From contig NC_068998.1 of NCBI RefSeq assembly GCF_001194135.2, positions 10,196,543 to 10,260,542 of the forward strand: a DNA stretch of 64,000 bases, written 5' to 3'. The position numbers were made by a program, and so were the translations under genes. Below are positions 36,313 to 49,260 of this stretch, piece after piece. Under the pieces are notes generated by a model. The model searched no databases. It was not told the origin of the DNA and saw only the letters and a program-made list of their open reading frames with translations. Source of the stretch: Octopus bimaculoides (lineage: Eukaryota). Position 1 is the stretch's first letter, and every line of letters begins with the position of its first letter.

Positions 36313-37485
36313 AATTAGTTTTCACATTTATTATATTAGATATATATGTATGATGGGCTTCTTTTAGTTTCCGTCTACCAAATCTACTCACAAGGATTTG
36401 TTCGGCCTGAGGCTATAGTAGAAGACACTTACCCATGGTGCCACACAGTGGGACTGAACCTGGAACCCAAAACCATGCAGTTGCAAAGCTAGATTCTTCA
36501 CCACACGACCATGCGTGCACTTACATCAAGAGGAAAGAAATATATATATATATATATATAAAAAATAAATAATTGCTCTTGAAATATTAAGTAGTTATGG
36601 TGTTAGTTGTCAAGACAATGAGACAACTTAAATTGCTGCTGAAGTGGTGCTGACTATTCTAACAACCCTCTTCCTTTTAACTCCGTGTCCCCACTTCCCC
36701 CATCTCTGCTAATACTGAACATACAGTGACTAAATTTGACGTATTCTACATCATCATCATCATCATCATCGTTTAACGTCCGCTTTCCATGCTAGCATGG
36801 GTTGGACGATTTGACTGAGGACTGGTGAAACCGGATGGCAACACCAGGCTCCAATCTAATTTGGAAGAGTTTCTACAGCTGGATGCCCTTCCTAACGCCA
36901 ACCACTCAGATTTTGTTAATTCTATTCATGGAAATGAACATCTCTTTCTAAGTCTTTTCAGCTTGTTTGTTTGTTGATCACTGTAATAATGTTGCTAAGA
37001 AAATTTTGTCGTGAGCTTGTTAAATCGTCCCTTGATTAAAGAAATTAATAAGCGGTACGGAAGGGTAAATGCTGCGGCACAGGTAGTTGTATTTGTTTAG
37101 CCCCAGGCTGACCCTGTCCAAGCAGACATATGATCAAAAGTATTCCAGCCATGACCATCCTGTCTTTTTTCGATATGCAAAAAACCAGGATTGCATTATC
37201 CTTTAAAACAGTAATATTTGTTACCTTAAACAGCTAAGAGAACAATATTGTTTGTATTTTTTTTACATGATGTTAGGAAGGGCATCCAACTGTAGAGACC
37301 ATGTCATAGAAGACAGCAGAGTTTGGTGCAGTTTTCTGACTTACCAGTTCCTGTTTAACCATTCTACCCATGCTCATGTGGAAAATGGACATTAAAATGA
37401 TACCGATGGTGACATCCTACTGTTGTTTATTCTGATATAAGCTATACTTTATGATCAAATGTTTGTTAGGTTTGGACACATTATT

Positions 37486-37930
37486 TAACCATTTTGATAC
37501 CACCCTGCCAGAGACCATCCTTGGTTCTATGGTACAAACTTCCTGTTTTGAAGTGATCTAAATTAAAACCTTATAATAAAATGTCTCGTTAATTTATGTC
37601 CCAAACATAATCATTTTGGTACCAACCTGTTCAAACCACCATTGATTCTCTGTTACTGATTCTCCTACTTTAATGTGATCTGAATTAAAATTTCCTATTA
37701 AAATTTCTTGGTAATTGATGTTCTAAACATCTGTTTAATAACGATAGCATTATTTTACCAAAGTCAGCATTTTTTTTTCAAATCAATTTAAACAAGGAGG
37801 TGTATTTCAAGAAAAATATGATGTTAACAAAATAATTAAAAATTAGTTATTTCACTAAATTCTTCATTTCCAAACTTACATTAAACAAAAGCAGTATATT
37901 TCAATGAAAATCTGGCAATGACAGGGTTAA
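37486..37930. mobile_element. Second TTAA-flanked MITE family with an internal duplication
   Basis: ttaaccattttgatacc ... gacagggttaa; related sequence at ~3460-3800. Confidence 0.5.
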
Positions 37931-38599
37931 TATGACTGTATAATAAACACTCATCTATAGATAGATGTAGGTGCATGGCTCAGTGGTTAGAGCGTCAAGC
38001 TCACAATCATGAGGTAGTGAGTTCGATTCTGGATTTACTTGTATTGGTCAATCAAGCCCTTGCTGTCTACTTTCTGAATGTAAATATATTAGATATATTC
38101 AAGAATATTGGTTGTAAAAAAAAAATTAATAAATAATCAGCTCATTTATAATTGATGATCAGACATTTTTTGCTGCTGGAGGGCATCCTAACTTATATGA
38201 ATTTAACATCTTGGCTAATCATTAAATGAACAAATATAGCACAGTGGCCAGGTACAATGGATCAATAGCAAGGCATCAAAATGCTAAATAATGAATCAAC
38301 CAATAAAAAAAAGTACAGAACGCAACTGCTGAAGGTAACTGGTTGCTATGGATGAAACATAAAGTAACAATAGTTACAGAGACTCGCTTTTTTTTTGTTT
38401 GTGGCTGGTGGTGGCATATATAACTTGGAGTAAAAGACATTTCTATTGTTGGACATCATTGAAGATTGTTTAATGAACAAAGAGGTTGCTCGATTTGTTG
38501 AAAATGAGTCTCTTATATGAATGCTAACCAAACAAGAACAAGAATTTTTTTCGCAAGGTTTCCTGCTGGAAATTTAATTTGTCCAGAACTTTTGAAATT

Positions 38600-38643
<44 letters not shown>

Positions 38644-38879
38644 GTGACAATATTGTTGTTTCTAGGTACAGGAAGTTGTTTTAATGTTACAGAAACAAGA
38701 GTTAAGCACTACTGATGTAGCCTTTGTTTTTCATCCTTCTGAGATTGATGAAATAAAGTACCAGTCAAATGCTAGGGTTGATTTACAATTACTTAAAGTA
38801 TCATACATGTAATTGAAATTATTACAGAAGATTGTGACTGAGTCTCTCTTCGTAAAACATTATTTTTTAAAATCAGTGT

Positions 38880-39370
38880 AAGTTTGTCAAAGGAGGCTGG
38901 AGAAGTGCTCAAGACCTTCAGAACTTCTCCAAGACAGGGGTAGGAGGTTGATGTTATTGATGTTTAATTTCCATTTCTGTAGATTGACATCTGCAGGAAA
39001 AAAATGTCTGGCGAGGAGTGAGATGTAGTTTTGGAAAGGAGCTACTGGTAAAAGTGCTAAAAGCAGGAGCTAAGATGTTAGACATTGCAAAAATGACAAG
39101 AGGAGGATAGAGATAATGTGCTGAGGGTGATGGTGTGTGCATGTGTGGTTAGTAGTCACAAGCTGATGAGATGATAAAATGTAAGTTGATGAGAGCTCTC
39201 TCGGTACACACTGTAATTCAGTCTGATGAGAAACTCCCAATCCAAGAGAGGAATCAGATGCAGGGAAAGCTGAACTTTTCAGTTTAGTTTGGGAGGTTTT
39301 ATGACAAATATGGACAAAGGTTTGTTAATGAAGTCAAGGGTGAGATATTACTGGTGCATGATTTAGGGGA
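38880..39370 (-). mobile_element. Jockey/CR1-like LINE 3' end relic
   Basis: FFPADVNLQKWKLNINNINLL resembles the FP...NL..FK..IN...L C-terminus. Confidence 0.4.
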
Positions 39371-39396
39371 GCCAAATAAGTTTCCTGTAGACCTGA

Positions 39397-39580
39397 CAGT
39401 GCTACTTTAGCATGTGGCCTACCATGGTATCCATAGTTTACACTGTGAAATGACCTGTCTGGGTCAAGATTAGAGTCGGGGGTTAGGTTAGGGTTTGATT
39501 GTATACAAAAGGGTAATGCTCAGGTAGACCACATGCTAAAGTGTAAATGACCAGGCAGGTCATATGCTAAAGTGGCACTG
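39397..39580. repeat. Inverted-repeat element (21/24-bp arms) with an internal ggttaggttaggg motif
   Basis: cagtgctactttagcatgtggcct vs reverse complement of aggtcatatgctaaagtggcactg; a third partial copy at ~39520-39542. Confidence 0.55.
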
Positions 39581-41054
39581 ATCTGGCTCTAGACAAAACT
39601 GTAGTCGTGGTCATTGAAGAGAGAGAGAGAGTGAAGGTGATGAATGAGGTGTCGTTTACGACTATCTGTATAACCTATGTGGTTTGTAAATGAGTTAATT
39701 ATAACTAATGTAACACTGTCATTGATTATTGCTCTCATTCTACCTAAAAGATAACTTGTAGGCACTCTAAGGAATTAGTTGCCAAGCTTGCCCAGCAACA
39801 GAAAGTAGAATGAGAATGAATGACAGAAATTAGGTCAGTAAGCCTTTAATTGATGTTGGTAGCAAAATATGGACTGAGACTGAACGATGTCGATGAGATA
39901 AAGTGATTAAGCATATAGCTCAGGGTGCAGAATTGTTAACGAAGGACAAGATTAATGGAGAAAAGATCCATTTAACTAATGTTTAGCTTGGAAAATTACA
40001 ACTCAAAATTCATTAATGGTGTGCCCACTGATTCTCATAAATGAATATTTATTTATTAGGACAGAGAACTTTCTCATGCTTAATGAATAATTAGTTTTCG
40101 CAATTAGGTTTTTCAGACAAAGAAAGGTTATTATATTTTATCAGCATAGCTTAAAAAAAAAATGATAAAAGAAAAGAGAAAACACAAAACAAAAAAAAAA
40201 AGAAAAAAACATACAAAAAGAAACAGGAAACCTCAGAATGTTTTGTTTACTTTATATTTTGAGTGATTATGTGTGTATACCAGTAGATAATACTTTTGTT
40301 TTTACATTCATTAAGCATTTCTGTGTCCCTGAAGATGTCTTTTAATTACAATTGTTACAACTTCTAAGTAATGACGGAGTTGTTTTTCATTACTTTCTCA
40401 TTAGCATTTTCCCTGTGGCTGTTGACTCAGTGATGTCCAAATATGTATGTCAGCCATATCTGTTTCACCATACTTGGTGGTTCTGTGATGGTTGTGGGCA
40501 TTGTTCCTTTTAATAATGCCATTAAAAAGAAAAGCAAAAATCACCCCTCCCCCATATTTTGCTTATTTGCTGAGTATAGTTATTGTCAAGCTCTTTTCAC
40601 ACTCTTGAGAACTTAACTACTCACCTACCCTTTCTGATCCTTTATCCCCATTCTCTTGCCCTTATACCTTGAGGGCAAATCCTTATTGTTTCTTCTCTTC
40701 TTCCAGCTGAGGAAGCTAAGTATAACCTCTTCAGCAAGACATCTGTTCTTGTCCTTTCTATCATACTTTAACTTCTCATTACCTGGCATAAAACCACTGC
40801 CCTGAATATTATACCCCCACTTCACTCAAGGGTTCTCACCCATTAAGTTACTTAGTGATCTCACTTGTGTCAGTGCCCTGAACAAAAAAAAAGCACTCAG
40901 TAGCCTCTGTAAAATGGTTGGTATTAGGAAGGGCATCCATCCATAGAAACCATGTTAAAACAGGACATTGGAGTTCAGTGTAATCTTCTGGTTTGTTGGT
41001 TTTTGTCAAACTGTCCAATCTACACAAGCATGGAAAACAGACATTTGATGATGT

Positions 41055-41290
41055 AAGGCGGCGAGCTGGCAGAAATGTTAGCACGTCGGGCGAAATGCTT
41101 AGCGGTATTTCGTCTGTCTTTATGTTCTGAGTTCAAATTCCGCCAAGGTCGACTTTGCCTTTCATCCTTTCGGGGTTGATAAATTAAGTACCAGTTACAC
41201 ACTGTGGGTCGATATAATCGACTTAATCCGTTTGTCTGTCCTTGTTTGTCCCCTCTATGTTTTAGCCCCTTGTGGGCAATAAAGAAATAA
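41055..41290 (+). mobile_element. SINE family B (tRNA-derived, Meta-domain-like gcctttcatcctttcggggtcgataaattaagtacc), full length with 23-bp TSD
   Basis: TSD ggaaaacagacatttgatgatgt at 41032-41054 and 41291-41313. Other copies: 940-1140, 1340-1730, 15010-15190(-), 17870-18020(-), 27130-27520(-), 31900-33250 cluster, 44420-45240, 55730-55900(-), 56880-57050(-), 62340-62550. Confidence 0.9.
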
Positions 41291-41895
41291 GGAAAACAGA
41301 CATTTGATGATGTTGATAATGATGAATATTAGGTAATTCAAGTGTGATATGGAAGGTGAAGTGAAAAGATTGGTCGCAAACGGAAATCCAGTTGTAGCTC
41401 ACCAGGAGCTTACTACTATTAATCTGTGGTACTCATGAAACAGGATCAGGTTATTCCAGTGTTAGTTTTCTTTCTTGCACACAACGATTATAAGAAAGAT
41501 GAAATAGGATTGAGTGATGCTCATGCCTTTTGTAAGGGTGTTAGTGACAATGGTGAAATTGCAGGAACCAAAGGCTGTGTCCAGGTTATGGCCTGTGCAT
41601 CTTTGGTCTTCATCTATACTTAGCAGTACATATGACATCATCATCATTATTGTCATCAATAGTTTATACACCCATTTTCTGTATACCACTGTTGTTTTAG
41701 AAATATTTTTCATATCTGCCTTGCAAACCTTCCCCCATCCCAACCACTTTGAGGTCTAGTGTTCCAAACAAAGTTCTTTGCAATTGCTTCTTCTTGGGTC
41801 TGCTTTGGCTGTGTTCTGTGCTTGATCTGTTGAAGCTTTTGATAATGTTTACAAGTATTCCTACGAGGTAACTGAAGTAATAAGAGCACAAATGG

Positions 41896-41978
<83 letters not shown>

Positions 41979-42053
41979 TATAATTGTATTCATAATATTT
42001 ATTATGCTATTTAGTTGAGTCAGTTTCTTGCTACTATGTGTTTTTGCCTGTAG

Positions 42054-42174
42054 GTATATGCCTGTTGACCCTGCATACCCAAAGGCAAGAAACTGACTTG
42101 ACCAAACTAAGAATATTGTGAATCTCTACTATGGTATTGAGTACTCTTTTTTTCTGACAGTCATCACTAAGCAG
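42054..42174 (+). other. Possible non-coding (5' UTR) exon of the plus-strand gene
   Basis: Acceptor tttttgcctgtag| and donor AAGCAG|gtatat around non-repetitive sequence; signals only. Confidence 0.25.
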
Positions 42175-43439
42175 GTATATATATATATATATATATATAT
42201 AGGTGTATGTGTGTTATGTTTGTGTATCTGTATTTATGAGAGAGAGTGTGTGTATACAACACACACATATACATAAAAGATATAATTTTTGTTGTTAATT
42301 AATGCTTTGCTTTAATTCTTATCTAACATGCTGCATATGTGTCTGTTAGTCATATGTAGGTCAGACAACACGATGTACAAAAACCAATAGTCTCAGTGTG
42401 TATTTAGAGGTCTGACCATACATCGATGGATTAAGCTATTTACAACACTGCTAGTTTTCACAGCTATTGTGAACAACTACTAAACAAGATTTACTTGTGT
42501 AACACTGTTTTCTTCTTTCGTTTAGCATCATTTCTTTTCATTAAACTGTTTTGCATAAAGTAGATGAGTTGGTACTGTTATTAGAGTACTAACGGAATAC
42601 CTTGTTTTTGTGTGTATGTGTGTGTATGTTTGTGTATATAGAAAAATAATTTACTTAAACCTTTTAAGAGTAAGAATGGAATGGGGAAGTGTTCTGTGAG
42701 CTTTTATTTCTGCTGGTGACAACAACAAAGGTGTTATCTCTCCCTGTGAAAGGCAAAGTTTAAGATACATGTTGACTGAAGTATGATATCACATGCTAGC
42801 CTTCTGTGAAGGTGTGTGGTTCAGTGGTTGGAGTATTCAGCTCACAGGTTTTATGGTTGTGAGTTTGATTCCTGGCAGTGTGATGTGTCCTCAATCAAGA
42901 CACTTCACTCCATGTTGCCCCAGTCCACCCGACAGGCAAAAATGACCTGTACCTGTAACTCAAAAGGCCAGCCATATCACATTCTGTGTCATGCTGAATC
43001 TCCCTTGAACTATGTTTAGGGTAAGTATGCTTGGAGTGCTCAGCCACTAGCACGTTAATTTCACAAGCAGGCTATTCCATTGGTTAGATCAATTGAAACC
43101 CTCCTTTTCATAACTGATGGAGTGCCAGTCCATATGGCAGCGAAATATGGGTGTTGTATATAGAGGATGTGAATGAGTATTGGTTAGGATATTGCACTTA
43201 TAGCCATAAGTTTCTGGTTTCAGTTCTGGGACCAGGCAGTGTATTATGTTCTCGAGCAAAACACTTCATGTTGCTTCCGTCTATTTAGCCATGTGTTTTC
43301 CAGTAATAGCTGAGAAGTTAATCCTGTGATGGACTGACATCCTATTCAGTGGTAAGTGTTATAATCTCAGTGTTATAAACCATGGAAACCAGGTTACACT
43401 CCAGCTTTGTAGGTCTTGGGACTCGTGACAAATCTAACA

Positions 43440-43890
43440 TTGAGAATGTTTTGAAACTGGAGAGAAATGGAGTGAGCATATCTCATTGTATATATAAAGT
43501 TAGTGTGAATGAACAATGAAACACAGATGAACTGAGAGAAAGACTGGGTATAGGAGGAATTAGATGTTGTGTGCAAGAGGGAAGACTGTGTTAATACAGA
43601 GATGTGATTCATAGGAAAGATGATGGTGAGGTGAAGAAGTGCCACAGAATCCAAATGAAATGGATTTGTAGAAGAGCAAGACTAAGGAAGACACGGTAGA
43701 AGTAAAAGGCTAACTTCAAGAGACTGAACCTCATGGAGTGGATGGTAACAGATCGTGACAAGCAGCAAGGCTCTGTGTTAGAGGTAACCCGTCTGAACCA
43801 TGCAAGCATGGAGAAATGAGCACAAAATGATATCTCCTATGTTCTGTTCAATTTCCAACCCATGCAAGCATAGAAAAGTGGACATTGAAA
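43440..43890 (+). mobile_element. RTE LINE 3' fragment with ccatgcaagcatgga...(tga)n tail
   Basis: GIRCCVQEGRLC...EVKKCHRI...RRARLRKT, followed by the tail shared with SINE family D. Confidence 0.65.
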
Positions 43891-43899
43891 TGATGTTGA

Positions 43900-44400
43900 T
43901 ACTGTCTGTAATTCCATCTGTTCTTTGTATGTCTAGAGCTAACTCCATGACATCATCTTACCTCCTACTTCCCATCTGTCTCTTTTATATGTACGGCTCT
44001 CCTTTTCCTCTGGAGCCATTAGTTTTCCTAACATAATTCTCTTTTCCCATGCCATCCACTCTAATAACATTACCAATAAATTTTTATCTTTGTTTATCAA
44101 TCAATACTTTTCAAAGTACTGACATGTTTCACTTGCTGCAGTATTGATCTGATTGTTGTTCTTTCTGTCACTGATGTCCTCAATATTCTTCTCTAGCATC
44201 ATATTTCAAATTTATCAATGTTCTTACTTCCTTTGTTTATTGTCCAAACTTCTTGCATCCATAATATCTACTAGATATACCAGGAATTTTAATAATCTTT
44301 CCTTTGTTCTTTGTAATATCCCTTTATCTTAGATAATTTTCTGAAGTTCACCCTTTTTGAGATGTATTCTTCTTTTAATTTCTTTGAGACCCTCCTGGTT
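43900..44400 (-). mobile_element. Highly decayed RTE/BovB-like LINE fragment
   Basis: Pattern resembling PVxxYGCETW...FE.W..R.IL.IS in the minus-strand translation. Confidence 0.4.
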
Positions 44401-46849
44401 TTAAAAGTAAACTCCTCAACCACTTCTAATGCAGTGAGTTGATAGAATTATTAACACATCGGACAAAATGCCTTATTTACTTACACCTGTCTACATTCTG
44501 AGTTCAAATCCTGCCTCTGTCCACTTTAATTTTCATCCTTCTGGAATTAATAACATTAAATACCAGTCAACTTAATGGGATTGGTGGTATCAACTTACAT
44601 TGTCTCCTCAAAACTGTTGACCTTGTGCCTTAATGAGTAACATTATTGTTATAAAAATAAGAAAAACAGATTGTGTATCTCTATTGGTTAATATTTTTTT
44701 TTATTTATTCCTTGTTGTTTGTAGTTTATCATTGTTGAACTCTGTACTTTATCTCCATGATAGTACCAGTTGCCAACTATTTTGAATACCATTGGGAGAC
44801 AAAGTTTCCTTCCACATAGTTTTGTGTTTGCTTGATAAACTCTATTATGTAACAATTCTTTATAGTCCCAGTAACACAAAATTGATACTCTCCTTTATGT
44901 GATACCAGCTTGATACTCCTAGATACATGATATAAACTTGATGAACCCAGTTAGTTGATCCTTTCTAATTTTGGCACCAAGACCAGCAAGTCAGTGGGAA
45001 GGGGCCGAGTCGATTACATTGATCCCAGTGCTCAACCGATATGTATTCCATCAACCCTGAAAGGATGAAAGGTGAAATCTATCTTGGCAGCATCTGAGTT
45101 CAAATGCCATCAAGGTTGACTTTGCCTTTCATCCTTTCGTGGTCAAGAAAATAAGAACCAGTTGAGCACTGGGGGTCAACATAATTGACTTATTCCCTGA
45201 CCCCAAAATAGCTAGTCTTGTGTTAAAATTTGAAACCTATACAAGCATGATACTCCTAGATGCTTGATACTACCATTTATGCAATACAAGCTTGGCACCT
45301 CCAGTTATTTAATACAAAAGTGATTCTCTCAGTTATGTAACACAAACAGAATACTCTTAGTAATACAAACACAATACTCCCAGTTATGCTATATAAACAT
45401 GATACACCCAGTTATGTAATGCACGTCATGTTTTTATTAGGTCTTGATTTCTATTTTTAGAATTTTAATGGTTCTTGACATTTATAGGGAGAAAGCTAGA
45501 AATTTGAAGTAGTTATAAAATCTGTCTTTTTTTTTTCTTTCACGCACTCACACATTGATATCACTACAGCTTGGTGATCTAAAAGCCCAAAACACAGTTG
45601 AGCTAATGAAGTTTCAGCCTTAATTAATTGCTCTGTCATTCATTGCTTCATATTAAGTATTCTTTTACTCATGTTTGTATGTATTCACTCATTCATCATA
45701 TAATCTATCTGTATGTATATATATGATATCCACATACATATGCATATAGACACTAATAAATCTCTCTGCATCTCTATATCTTGCTCACTCATCTGTTTGT
45801 AGTTAAGTTAATGTTAACATATTTAGTATAGTAAACATTAAAAACCTAATTAGAAACATTTAAGTGGTGAGCAAAGGACAGCATTAGCTAAATGACTAAT
45901 TTTAATTTAATCAATTGAACCTGTTTCTATGATATTAAACCTCCTCAGTAAACCATAGACTTAACTATAGGGGCTGATATAATGATGAGAAAATCACCAA
46001 ATAGATGCACAGTATAGTACATGAGGTGTTCATAGCATGGGGTATTGTTTCATTAATATGTTTGAAGTTTGTGATAGCATCAGGAAGTCTGGAGCTGTGA
46101 TGGAGTAAATCCTGAACTCTTCAAATAAGCAAATAAATTCTACTATGTGTATTTACTAATTCATTTATCCGATATGTCAATGACCTCACAGCCACATCAA
46201 ATACTGCCCTTTTTCTTATACTGGTGATACAACTCTTCATTTTTCCCTTACTTTCCCAAGCCATGCACCATCTACACGCAACCCAGATACCACATGCTAA
46301 GTCTGCATTGATTCTATGAATGGACCACATGTTGGAAAACAAGTTTCTAAGCCTCACAGCCATGCCTATGTGTGTGTGATTGTGTATGCATGTGTTTATA
46401 TATCTTTTATATTTTATTAGTTTCAGTCAGACTACAGCCATGCTGGGGCACTTCTTTGGAAGAATTTTAGTCAAACGAGTCTATCCTAGTACTTATAATT
46501 TTTTTTTTAAGCCTGGTATTCCTCTTGGTCTCTTTTGCCAAACCACTAAGCTATGAGGACATAAATTAACCAACACCGGTTGTCAAGTAGTGGTGGGAGT
46601 GACAAATGCAGACACAAAGATATATACACATGCACACATATTTATATATGTTGGACTTCTTTCAGTTTCTGACCACTAAACCCACTCACAAGGCTTTGGT
46701 CAGCCTGAAACTATAGTGGAAGACATTAGCCCAAGGTGCCATGCAGTGGCACTGAAATCAGTACCCCGTGGTTGGTAAATATATTACATATATTCTGGTA
46801 AATGCCTGTACTTACAAATTAGATGGTAAATATTTTATATATAATAGGC

Positions 46850-47164
46850 GCAGAAGTGGCTGTGTGGTAAGTAGCTTGCTTACCAACCACATGGTTCCGG
46901 GTTCAGTCCCACTGCGTGACACCTTGGGCAAGTGTCTTCTACTATAACCTCGGGCCGACCAAAGCCTTGTGAGTGGATTTGGTAGACGGAAACTGAAAGA
47001 AGCCCGTCGTATATATGTATATATATTAAATTTAAATGTTGAAGTGAATCTAACGAATTTTGTGTGTTATTTTAAATGGCTTATAAACACCTTCCACGCT
47101 GCAATTGTTTTCGTTCCAGCACACGATCTCAGATCAGGTCACTTGCTATGCAAGTACATCTCCG

Positions 47165-47216
<52 letters not shown>

Positions 47217-47420
47217 ATGTTTGTGTGTGTATGTTTGTCCCCCTAGCATTGCTTGACAACCGATGCTGGTGTGTTTATGTCCCCGTCACTTAGCAGTTCG
47301 GCAAAAAGAGACATGTAGAATAAGTATTAGGCTTACAAAGAATAATTCCCGGGGTCGATTTGCTCAACTAAAGGCGGTGCTCCAGCATGGCCACAGTCAA
47401 ATGACTGAAACAAGTAAAGA
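46850..47420 (+). mobile_element. SINE family A copy interrupted by the 47025-47165 repeat
   Basis: Head at ~46850, tail gactgaaacaagtaaagaga at ~47420. Confidence 0.88.
47025..47165 (+). mobile_element. Second, 5'-truncated copy of the same repeat, inserted in the (TA)n tract of a SINE
   Basis: attaaatttaaatgttgaagtgaatctaac...gctatgcaagtacatctcc is the reverse complement of ~51478-51617. Confidence 0.7.
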
Positions 47421-48009
47421 GAGTATAATCAGGTAAATGCTTGTACTTACAAATTAGAGGAAAACCTGCTCAGTTCAAGAAATAGTTTGTAGTTTTATTT
47501 TGAAGCGAACACATGACAAGTTACAACTACTCGTTTCACAATGAAAATGTTGTATATGATAATAAGAGGAATAAATTAAACAATTATCTGGCAACCAACC
47601 TGTTAACTTCATAGACCCGCCAAGATATATCATGAACAATGTCATGTATAAGTATGTGTTTTCTTTTTAACTATGTAGTTTTGATAATATTCATCGGTGA
47701 CTTTTAATAACATCTGTTTGTCATTTTTATAGTTAAATATAGAGACTGCAGCTGGTGATGAAATAATTTGCTCTATTAAGCATTTAGCAGTATGTGTGTC
47801 TGTGTGTGTGGGTGTGTGTCGGTGTGTGTGTCGGTGTGTGTGTGTGTGTGTCTGTGTGTGTGTGTCTGTGTGTGTGTTTAGTTTAGATATTCACTTTGCA
47901 TCTGGATGGTTTCAGGTTTAGTTTTACTGTGCAGCAACTTGGGCAAGGTAATCTATAATAACTCTAGGTTAACCAGTGCCTTGTGAATGAATTTGGCAGA
48001 CAGATGTTG

Positions 48010-49209
48010 TGAAGCCATGGCGTTGTGGACGATAGAGCATCGTGTATTTGCTTATGACAGTTACATGAAGAATGAGTCTGTCACAGCAGTTTAGCATGAG
48101 TTTTGGCACCACTTCAACATACACTGAAATCAGGTGGTTCCCACTCGTAACACAGTCTTATGCTGAGTGAATGCCTTTCATACACAAGGTACACTAATGA
48201 ATAAGAGACTAGTAGGGGCACCTTGAATAGTATGGCCCCTGGAAAATGTGGAATGTGTCATACAAGCTTTGATATGGAATCCGAATTGCTCTGCTCAGTG
48301 GTATTCTACTGAACTTGACATCGGTAATCGATCAGTAAGGCATATTTTTGCATGAAGACCTGCATTTCCACCTGTGCAAATTGGTCATTGGGCAACAGTT
48401 GAAATCGTGGCACAGCGGCATAACTTCAAACGTCAGATGGAAGCAATCTTCGAGGCAAATGACAACCTCATTTTGTTAATGAGTGATGATACTCATTTTC
48501 TTCTCAATGGCATGGTGACTCAACAGAACTGTCGTTATTGGGCTCTTGAAAATCCGAGAGAACTGCACGAAGGGCCACTGTACAGCTCAAAAGTGACGGT
48601 CTGGTGTGCTGTTGCAAAAGCTGCTGTTGTTGGTCCTTACTTTTTTTAACACAATAATGCAAATGCTGTTACTGTGAACTCTGAGCGTTACATCGAGATG
48701 ATGAACAAGTTCTTTGTGCCTGAATTATAACAAAAACGTATGCCTATTCGATGTGTGTAGTTTCAGCAGAATGGGGCAACGGCCCACACACCCAGAGCAT
48801 CAATGGTCGTTCTTCACCCTTACTTTAGTGACCACCTCATTTCCAGGTTTCCGAACGTTCCTTGGTCCCCTGATTTGTTCATATGTGATTATTTCTTGTG
48901 GGGAAACCTCAAGGCACATGTGTATGTGCATAAGCCCCATACACTGGACAATTTGAAGGAAGTTATTTACATGAAAGTCGCCCAAATCGACAGAGCAATG
49001 CTAAAGAGAGTGGAGGCCAACTTCCAAGAACACCTTCAGAAATGCATCAATGAAAACGGACACCATACGATGGATGTTGTTTTCCACACTTGATTTGCAC
49101 AAATGTTAATTCAATACGAACACATTGTTGGTCAATAAAATTTGTTTGTAGCTAAAATTAATGGTTTTGTGAATTTTTCAAAAACTTCTGTCCTCTGTGC
49201 CTCACCCTG
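48010..49209 (+). mobile_element. Tc1/mariner transposon of the rosa/DD41D type; decayed transposase 48017-49092 and intact right TIR
   Basis: MALWTIEHRVFAYDSY..., LMSDDTHFLLNGMVTQQNCRYW, KVTVWCAV...GPYFF, FQQNGATAH, SPDLFICDYFLWGNLK; stops and frameshifts; right end ...cctctgtgcctcaccctg|TA. Confidence 0.9.
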
Positions 49210-49223
49210 TATGTGTGTGTGTG

Positions 49224-49260
<37 letters not shown>

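Noticed and set aside
37965-38030. tRNA-like sequence gtgcatggctcagtggttagagcg...gagttcgattc
   Set aside because: No complete cloverleaf or acceptor stem; matches the tRNA-derived SINE heads at 42810 and 43190
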